Assembly (NCBI GenBank): GCA_964610305.1
Contig: CAZSVL010000001.1
Coordinates: 6,083 to 70,082, forward strand
Reading direction: 5' to 3'
Length of the DNA stretch: 64,000 bases
Origin: an uncultured Gammaproteobacteria bacterium
Lineage (GTDB): Bacteria; Patescibacteriota; Patescibacteriia; Magasanikbacterales; JBBTXJ01
Numbering within the stretch: position 1 is the stretch's first letter; each line of letters begins with the position of its first letter. The position numbers and the translations under genes are program-made. Below, one piece after another: positions 57,087 to 64,000 of the stretch. Below the pieces are notes generated by a model. The model was not told the origin of the DNA. It was given only the letters and a program-made list of their open reading frames with translations, and ran no database searches.

Positions 57087-60000
57087 ATGTCCAACTTTGT
57101 TCACCTGCACGTCCACAGCCACTTCTCATTGCTGTCTGGTCTAACAAAAATTAAACCGTTGGTAAAAACTGCTAAAAAGCGGGGTTTTAATGCGCTTGCT
57201 TTGACGGATTATGGCTCTCTGTACGGAGCAATAGAGTTTTACAAAACCTGTAAGGCGGAGGGGATAAAGCCCATTATAGGTTTTGAGGCTTTTTTGGCGC
57301 CAAACGGCCATCTTTCGAAGAGACCGCGAGTAGATAATAAAACCAGCCACCTTGTTTTGTTGGCGGAAACCTATGAGGGGTATAAAAATTTAATGAGGCT
57401 TTCAACCATCGGTCATATTGATGGTTTTTATTATCGTCCCAGAATTGACAAAGAATTGCTGCGAGCTCACAGCAAAGGAATTATTGCGCTTTCTGGATGC
57501 ATGGCGGGGGAGTTGTCAGGATTGATCAATGGCGAAGCCACTAAAGAGCAGCTGCATTCAGTCATACAAGAGTATGTGGACATCTTTGGAAGCGATAATT
57601 TTTTTCTTGAGCTTCAAGATCATCCAGAAATTAATGGTCAGATTAATGTAAACTCTGCTTTAATTGCTGCCGGGAAAGAGCTCGGTGTTCCGCTTGTTGT
57701 AACAAGAGATGTGCACTATTTAAATCCTGAAGATGCTCAGGCTCAGGACATTCTTACGTGTATTAAAGACGGAAAGACGGTAGATCAGCCCAACAGATTC
57801 TCGCTTGCTCATGTTGATAGATCACTGTGCACAGCAGAAGAGATAGCAGGCAGATTCTCACACATTCCGCAGGCGCTTGAAAATACGGTAAAAATTGCGG
57901 ACAGAATTGATGTAGAAATTCCATTGAACAAATGGCATTTTCCACCCGTAGACATACCAGAGGGTAAAAACGCAGATGAAGAGCTGCATGATCAAGTCTA
58001 TGCCAGAATTAAAGATTTGGTAGAGGTGACACCAGAGATAACAGAGAGGATAGACTATGAGCTAGATGTTATAAAGACCAAAGGATACTCGCCTTACTTT
58101 ATTGCGGTTGCCGATTTTCTTAAATTTGCAAGAGATAATGATATTGTAGTGACCACCCGCGGGAGCGCCGCCGGATCTTTGGTGTCTTATGCTATGGGGA
58201 TTGTATCGGTGAATCCGATGTTTTTTAGATTGCCGTTTGAGCGGTTTTTAAACCCATACAGGCCGTCTCCTCCAGATGTGGATATGGATTTTGCTGATGA
58301 TCGTAGGGATGAGGTTATTGCCTATGCAACGGAGAAGTTTGGGAAAGATGCCGTAGCTCAGATTATAACGTTTGGTACCATGGCAGCGCGCGGTAGCGTA
58401 AGAGATGTGGGACGAGCCCTTGGATTTTCTTATAATTTTTGCGATCAGGTGGCAAAGTTGATTCCTTTTGGAGCGCAGGGATTTCCTATGACCATAGAGC
58501 GCGCGCTTAAAGAAGAGCCAGAGCTTAAAAAGTTGCATGATAGCAATGCTGATGTAAAACGGCTTCTGGAGGCGGCTCAGAAAATAGAGGGCTGCGCAAG
58601 GCACACCTCTATCCATGCCGCTGGCGTGGTGATCTCTCCCACCACTCTTACGGATTTTACGCCGGCACGCAGAGAAAGCGGAGGAGATCGCATCACCACG
58701 CAGTATGAAATGAAATCAGTAGAAGCGGCAGGGCTCCTTAAGTTTGATTTTTTGGGGATCAGAAACTTATCTATTTTGGGCCATGCCGTTTCTTTTGTAG
58801 AGGCTACCACCGGAAAGAAAATAGATATTACCAATCTGCCATGGGATGATAAAAAAGTATATGAGATGCTTGCCAAAGGCCAGACCATGGGTGTCTTTCA
58901 GCTCTCAGGCTCTGGCATGACGCGTTGGCTAAAAGAGCTGCGGCCCACAAACATCCACGACATCATGGCCATGGTTGCACTTTTCAGACCCGGGCCGATG
59001 GAATCCATCCCACAATATATTGAGAGAAAATATGACGCAAGCAAAGTAGAGTTTTTAGATCCGCGACTTGAGAAAATTTTGGAAATGTCATACGGTCTTT
59101 TGGTCTACCAAGAAGACGTTATGCTTACAGCAATAGAGCTCGCCGGGTACGATTGGCTTGAGGCCGACAAATTTAGAAAAGCCATGGGAAAGAAAATTCC
59201 AGAGGAAATGGCCAAGCAAAAAATTCAATTTTATGATGGATGCAAAAATCACGGAAAATTGCCAAAGGAAAAAATAGACACGCTATGGGAACTCATTGAA
59301 CCTTTTGCCGCCTACGGTTTTGGAAAAGCGCATGCTGCCAGCTATGCGGTGGTGGCGTATCAGACGGCGTACATGAAGGCAAATTATCCCGTGCAGTTTA
59401 TGACTGCTGTGTTGACCGCCGAGAGCGGGGATTTTGATAAAATTGCCAACGTTGTACATGAGTGTGAGAGCATGGGAATTCCGGTTTTGCCGCCGCATAT
59501 AAATGAGAGCTTCAGAGATTTTGCCATGATAAAGGATGAGAGCGGGAAAGAGGCGCGTATAAGATTTGGTTTTAACGCGGTGAAAAATGTGGGGGCGCAC
59601 ATTGCAGATGTTTTGTATCGGGAGCGAAAAGAAAATGGCCCCTACAAAAGTTTTGAGGATCTGCTAGAGCGTGTAAAAGATAAAGATTTAAACAAGAAAT
59701 CTATTGTAGCGCTCACCCAATGCGGCGCGCTGGATGTTTTTGGTTATGATAGAGGTGTGATAATTGCAAACATTGAGACCATTTTGTCTTTTGCCAGAGA
59801 AATGCAGGCGGAAAAGCTCAATGAAAATCAAGGATCTCTATTTGGAGCAGGGCAGCTGCAAGCGCCTAAATTGCATTTTGCAGATGCGCCTCCTGCATCC
59901 AAAGAGGATAAGTTGCATTGGGAAAAAGAACTCTTAGGGCTCTACATTTCCGCGCATCCTTTTGACCCCATAGCCGCGCGCATGGGAAGCGCCATAACGC

Positions 60001-60566
60001 CTATTGCCGCTACAAAAGATATCGGCGCGTCTCAGTGGGTGGTTATTGGAGGTATTATTGATAAGCTGCAACGAAAAATTACAAAAAAAGGAAAACCCAT
60101 GATGTTTGTTACGCTTGAGGACAAAAGCGGGACGTCTGAGCTTCTTGTTTTCCCGAAAACATTAGAAAAAACGCAAGATAGTTGGCAGGAGCGAGCAACG
60201 GTTTGCATTATGGCCAGATCTAGCGATGAAGAAGGAGATGACAAGCTTTTTGTAGAAAAAGTATATCCGGTAAGTGTTGAGAGCGCGGAACATTTGGCGC
60301 GGCAGTTTAGCGGTATAGCGCCGCCCACATCAGCAAAAGGAGCGGTACCGCCAAAACAGCCACAATCCAAGACTGCAACTCTGAACATAGAAGGTGCTCT
60401 TGGTGAGCGCGCGGGTCAGCTTAAGCAGCTTTTTGAATCTCATCCGGGAGATACTCAAATGTTGCTCAGTGTTTCTCAAAACGGCAGCACGCAAACAATA
60501 AAAACACCCTTTAAGGTAGATTGGGAACTCATAGCGCAGCAGGCAAGCGACATTGCTCAGGCTTGA
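57087..60566 (+). CDS. dnaE: DNA polymerase III alpha subunit
   Basis: FVHLHVHS (PHP), RGSAAGS, PDVDMDF, HAAG, KFDFLG, YQE, FGKAHA. Confidence 0.98.
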   Translation: MSNFVHLHVHSHFSLLSGLTKIKPLVKTAKKRGFNALALTDYGSLYGAIEFYKTCKAEGIKPIIGFEAFLAPNGHLSKRPRVDNKTSHLVLLAETYEGYKNLMRLSTIGHIDGFYYRPRIDKELLRAHSKGIIALSGCMAGELSGLINGEATKEQLHSVIQEYVDIFGSDNFFLELQDHPEINGQINVNSALIAAGKELGVPLVVTRDVHYLNPEDAQAQDILTCIKDGKTVDQPNRFSLAHVDRSLCTAEEIAGRFSHIPQALENTVKIADRIDVEIPLNKWHFPPVDIPEGKNADEELHDQVYARIKDLVEVTPEITERIDYELDVIKTKGYSPYFIAVADFLKFARDNDIVVTTRGSAAGSLVSYAMGIVSVNPMFFRLPFERFLNPYRPSPPDVDMDFADDRRDEVIAYATEKFGKDAVAQIITFGTMAARGSVRDVGRALGFSYNFCDQVAKLIPFGAQGFPMTIERALKEEPELKKLHDSNADVKRLLEAAQKIEGCARHTSIHAAGVVISPTTLTDFTPARRESGGDRITTQYEMKSVEAAGLLKFDFLGIRNLSILGHAVSFVEATTGKKIDITNLPWDDKKVYEMLAKGQTMGVFQLSGSGMTRWLKELRPTNIHDIMAMVALFRPGPMESIPQYIERKYDASKVEFLDPRLEKILEMSYGLLVYQEDVMLTAIELAGYDWLEADKFRKAMGKKIPEEMAKQKIQFYDGCKNHGKLPKEKIDTLWELIEPFAAYGFGKAHAASYAVVAYQTAYMKANYPVQFMTAVLTAESGDFDKIANVVHECESMGIPVLPPHINESFRDFAMIKDESGKEARIRFGFNAVKNVGAHIADVLYRERKENGPYKSFEDLLERVKDKDLNKKSIVALTQCGALDVFGYDRGVIIANIETILSFAREMQAEKLNENQGSLFGAGQLQAPKLHFADAPPASKEDKLHWEKELLGLYISAHPFDPIAARMGSAITPIAATKDIGASQWVVIGGIIDKLQRKITKKGKPMMFVTLEDKSGTSELLVFPKTLEKTQDSWQERATVCIMARSSDEEGDDKLFVEKVYPVSVESAEHLARQFSGIAPPTSAKGAVPPKQPQSKTATLNIEGALGERAGQLKQLFESHPGDTQMLLSVSQNGSTQTIKTPFKVDWELIAQQASDIAQA

Positions 60567-60613
60567 CATCACGTCTTTTTGGGTGCATGATGAGATTACA
60601 ACTAGGAGGAACC

Positions 60614-60895
60614 ATGATCTTTGACACCAGTTTTTTTTGGCGGGGATGGAATGAACCTGAGCTGCCAAAGAATTGGCTGTTTGGGGTTATTTTTTCGTCT
60701 GTTGTGGCAATAGTGGGTTTTGTCGTGATGTTCTTTTTGTTCTATCGGGCCGTGCAGCGGGAATTGTGGATTGTAAGTTTAATGCAAGCTGCTATTTTGA
60801 TCTATTGGAGTAGGCTGATGTACATAGTGCTTTCTTTCTGGCACACCTTCTGGAAGGCAAAACAGCGACAAAGCGCAAAGTCGTCTTCGTCATGA
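60614..60895 (+). CDS. Small orphan membrane protein
   Basis: TTGACA at 60564, SD AGGAGG, 2 TM helices. Confidence 0.65.
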   Translation: MIFDTSFFWRGWNEPELPKNWLFGVIFSSVVAIVGFVVMFFLFYRAVQRELWIVSLMQAAILIYWSRLMYIVLSFWHTFWKAKQRQSAKSSSS

Positions 60896-61281
60896 GTGAA
60901 TTTTTCACCACGGTAGTACCCTTTGTCTTAGTGCTCCTTCTGCTTCATTTTATAGGTTTTGCGTGGGATCTTCATAAGCGTAGAACATTTGTACCTTTTG
61001 AAATATCCTCTAGCGACGCCATTCACCTAAAGAGAGTGTGTATGCTAGAGAAGAGCGCGCACGGGTCTGTTGTGGGTTCTGGCGGACGTGTGGATATGGT
61101 GATGGGCCTTATTGAAGATGGAGATAATTCTGTGATTTTCCCCAAAGGTACCAGAGCCTTTAGGGTGGCATCAGATCACGTGGAATACCACATGCCAAGT
61201 GGAGATATTATTGTTTTGTATGAAAACGACCACGGAAAATCAAAAATGTGGCTTAAAAAAGATTTAAAAAAAGCTGCATAG
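60892..61281 (+). CDS. Membrane-anchored orphan protein
   Basis: N-terminal TM, ATGA overlap, terminator after. Confidence 0.65.
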   Translation: MSEFFTTVVPFVLVLLLLHFIGFAWDLHKRRTFVPFEISSSDAIHLKRVCMLEKSAHGSVVGSGGRVDMVMGLIEDGDNSVIFPKGTRAFRVASDHVEYHMPSGDIIVLYENDHGKSKMWLKKDLKKAA

Positions 61282-61312
61282 GCAACTTTATGCAAGCGTC
61301 TTCGGGCGCTTT

Positions 61313-62449
61313 TTATAATGTTTTAAAGCCTTGCTCTGTAAAACGGTACCAGCCACGCTTAAGGGTTGGGGTTTCGCTTTGATGCATTTCTATCATTACC
61401 TCTGGGATAGTGATAACGCTGTCAGATTCTAAACAAAAATCTAATGAGAAGTGATCTGCTCCGGTGCTTGAGTAAATAAAAGGAGATCTCCCCACGCCGC
61501 ATGGTGCTTCTTGGGTATCGGGAACAAAAGCAAAACACAAAGATCCGCTGCACTGCTGCTCTGGAATGTAGTTAATGACGCCGGGAACCTCTGGGGTGGT
61601 GGTAAGCGCGGCAACAGAGGCATCATCAAGCACCACGCCTAGCCGGATAGCGCGCGTCCCTTCTGTAACATGAGGGGATGGGGGATAGGCGCCGGTTTCC
61701 ATCCACCAGGTAACTAAAATGTTTAGATATCTTTTGGCTAGGATTTGCCTATAAATGTCACGGAGCTGCTGGTCTATATCTCTGCGAATTCTGGCGGAGA
61801 GCTCTATGCCAGAAACCGTAAAGCGCGCCTTGTTGGTAGAGAGCGGTGGCACGTCTAACTCAGTAAGTCTTGTTTTTGCGGTTATTTGTGGTCCAAATTG
61901 GTATTCATAGAAGGGGCCATCTTTTAAAACAAAAATTTGCTTTGTCCAGTTTGCCCCAAACCAAAGCGCGGCCACTTGTTCGTTTTCAATGTAGCGCAAT
62001 AATCTTCCCATAGTGGCAACGTATACTTTGGGATCGTTAGGCCTTTTTATGAGCGATCCTGGCGCCGGCAGCACACTTCCACGGGCCGCCGTGTTTTCTA
62101 TGGCCGCATCAGAGAAACGGCGAACCTGCGTAAAATCTGGAAACCATGTTTTAAAAAGCCTCTCGTTTTTAAAAACAAGGCGCTCTCCTACAATTTTTTT
62201 CTGCACTACTTTTCCCTTAATCAGATACACAGCATCTCCAGACCCTTTTGCTAAAAACATAGTGCCGCCATCCAAGCCTACACTGGCGCGCACATCTGGG
62301 TGCGCATCTAAAACGCGATAGAGCAAACTTATTTTTCCACCACCAAAAATATCTGCGCGCGGTGCGGCAGATGGTGCAAGTTTTGCGCTGGCTGGCACTG
62401 GTAGCGCAAGCAGGCCTGCAATAAGAAATGTTACGATAAATTTATTCAT
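61313..62449 (-). CDS. Secreted/surface hypothetical protein
   Basis: Signal peptide; GSLIK..NDPKVY...RYI.NE..A..WFG.NW repeat-type domain; pilin-like G.YP motif near the C-terminus. Confidence 0.7.
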   Translation of the reverse strand: MNKFIVTFLIAGLLALPVPASAKLAPSAAPRADIFGGGKISLLYRVLDAHPDVRASVGLDGGTMFLAKGSGDAVYLIKGKVVQKKIVGERLVFKNERLFKTWFPDFTQVRRFSDAAIENTAARGSVLPAPGSLIKRPNDPKVYVATMGRLLRYIENEQVAALWFGANWTKQIFVLKDGPFYEYQFGPQITAKTRLTELDVPPLSTNKARFTVSGIELSARIRRDIDQQLRDIYRQILAKRYLNILVTWWMETGAYPPSPHVTEGTRAIRLGVVLDDASVAALTTTPEVPGVINYIPEQQCSGSLCFAFVPDTQEAPCGVGRSPFIYSSTGADHFSLDFCLESDSVITIPEVMIEMHQSETPTLKRGWYRFTEQGFKTL

Positions 62450-63467
62450 CACCGTTAGTATTTTCAACTCTCCAGTTTGGGTTTACTTTCATTTGTTTTG
62501 GATCCGTAAATTTCTTTTGTTCAAACATAAAGTAGCCGGCAACAGCAATCATCTCTGCGTTGTCTGTGGTTGCAGAGAGTGGGGGGAGTATTACGTTTGC
62601 GTCTGTGATTGTCGCCGAGAGTTGTTCCCTGAGTTGAGTATTAGCCGCCACACCCCCACCTAATAAGACGGTTTTTGGATTAAATTCTTCCACTGCTTTT
62701 TTTGTTTTGAGCACAAGTGTTTCTACTATTGCCTGCTGAAAACTGGCGCAAATATCAGCCACATTTTCTTTTCCGTTGTCTCTTACCCAATAGAGCGCGG
62801 CAGTTTTAAGTCCGGCAAATGAAAAATCGTAGGTATCTTTTGTGCTGAGCGGTCGCGGAAAGTCAATCGCTGCTGGGTTACCGCTCTGCGCCATTTCTGC
62901 TATTTTGGGTCCCCCCGGATACTCAAAGCCAAGCAGCTTTCCCACTTTATCAAAAGCCTCTCCCGCAGCATCGTCCCTTGTTCTTCCGATAAGTTGAAAA
63001 TTAAAGTGATCTTTGACTAAAATAAGCTCAGTGTGGCCGCCGGATACAATCAGACAGAGCGCAGGAAAAACAATTTTGTTACTTGTTGCTTGCTGCTTGT
63101 CACTTGCGCAAAGCCAATTTGCATAGATGTGGCCGGCTATGTGATTTACAGAAACAAAAGGGATATCCCACGCCATCGCTAGTGTAGCGCCAGCTTGAGC
63201 GCCCACCTGCAGGGCGGTAACAAGGCCAGGCCCTGTGGTGGCAGCAATCAGGTCTGGTTTGCTTCCATCAAGCACCTGTTCAATAAGTGGCATTATAACG
63301 CTGGCGTGCTCGCGCGCTGCTACTTCTGGTACCACACCGCCGTACTGCGCATGGATATCAATCTGGGAAGACCGCAGTGTTTTGAGCACTTTAAAAGAGC
63401 CATTTTTCGCTTCTAATAGCGCTACGGCGGTATCATCGCAGCTGGTTTCAATTCCTAGTATTGTCAT
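62442..63467 (-). CDS. tsaD: tRNA t6A synthesis protein TsaD
   Basis: ILGIETSCDDT, GGVVPEVAAREH, HIAGH, SGGHT, DDAAGEAFDK, DNAEMIA. Confidence 0.97.
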   Translation of the reverse strand: MTILGIETSCDDTAVALLEAKNGSFKVLKTLRSSQIDIHAQYGGVVPEVAAREHASVIMPLIEQVLDGSKPDLIAATTGPGLVTALQVGAQAGATLAMAWDIPFVSVNHIAGHIYANWLCASDKQQATSNKIVFPALCLIVSGGHTELILVKDHFNFQLIGRTRDDAAGEAFDKVGKLLGFEYPGGPKIAEMAQSGNPAAIDFPRPLSTKDTYDFSFAGLKTAALYWVRDNGKENVADICASFQQAIVETLVLKTKKAVEEFNPKTVLLGGGVAANTQLREQLSATITDANVILPPLSATTDNAEMIAVAGYFMFEQKKFTDPKQMKVNPNWRVENTNGDE

Positions 63468-63598
63468 GAGAGGCCAGCATATCAATTTGACAAGTATATT
63501 TCAAGTATGTAATAGTCTGTGGAAGAAACCATTTGCCCTAAGAGCGCAATAGCGCTACCCTAGGGCTATAAGCGTATTTTTATTTAACTAGCTAAATT

Positions 63599-63844
63599 AT
63601 GCCAAACGCAGCATTGAGCAAACCGCTCACACTTTCAGCTGAACTGCAGGCCGTAGTAGGTGCTGGGCCAATGCCCCGCAGCGAGGTTATTAAGCAGCTC
63701 TGGGTTTACATCAAGGGAAACAACCTGCAGAATCCAGAGAACAAAAGAAACATTTTAGCTGACGATAAGCTAAAGGCCGTCTTTGGAAAAGACGAGGTGA
63801 CTATGTTTGAAATGGCTAAGCTGATTAGCCCACACTTGTCATAA
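63599..63844 (+). CDS. SWIB/MDM2 domain protein
   Basis: LS.EL..VVG..PMPR.EV.K.LWVYIK.NNLQNP.NKR.I..D.KL. Confidence 0.93.
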   Translation: MPNAALSKPLTLSAELQAVVGAGPMPRSEVIKQLWVYIKGNNLQNPENKRNILADDKLKAVFGKDEVTMFEMAKLISPHLS

Positions 63845-63906
63845 TCACACTAGATTGCCCTCCAGACTCTGTCGCTGCGGCGCTAGAGTGTGGGGGGTTT
63901 TCTTTT

Positions 63907-64000
63907 ATGAAACCATTCTTAATACTACAATCTAGGCCTGAAGATGCTGCATCGGACAATGAGTTTGAGGCCTTTTTAAAGTACGGTGGACTACGTGAGT
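63907..64000 (+). CDS. 5' part of a probable class I glutamine amidotransferase (truncated by the window edge)
   Basis: MKPFLILQSRPEDAASDNEFEAFLKYGGL. Confidence 0.65.
   Translation, partial: MKPFLILQSRPEDAASDNEFEAFLKYGGLRE

Overview
Chromosomal window of a genetic-code-11 bacterium. It is most likely Patescibacteria/CPR; this is an inference from the gene set (membrane-anchored Clp ATPase, archaeal-type PyrH, stand-alone SWIB, DUF2914, lexA-dinB cassette) and from housekeeping genes lacking Shine-Dalgarno sites. It carries housekeeping genes (murJ, mraZ-rsmH-ftsL, rplU, recR-ybaB-dnaB, greA, recQ, rfbB, pyrH, rplJ-rplL, dnaE, tsaD), an SOS cassette (lexA-PemK-dinB) and a radC-associated defence island (HTH/Fic pair, type I R-M with an embedded Schlafen/AlbA_2 gene, PD-(D/E)XK nuclease). 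It also has a GIY-YIG-associated REP-like repeat family, a 6S-like ncRNA and many stand-alone orphan gene cassettes. The main finding is two non-coding stem-loop arrays (118-616 on +, 8 units; 6125-6366 on -, 4 units) with their own sigma70 promoters. Units follow stem - AN(G/T)A - 9 variable nt - short loop - AN(G/T)A - 9 variable nt - stem; one of the 12 has an ambiguous second box. This is a dual-spacer guide-RNA architecture resembling TIGR / box C/D guides, but the stems are all different rather than repeated. No Nop-domain effector is recognisable inside the window. A divergently transcribed gene starting at 21 (-) and running off the left edge is the prime candidate.
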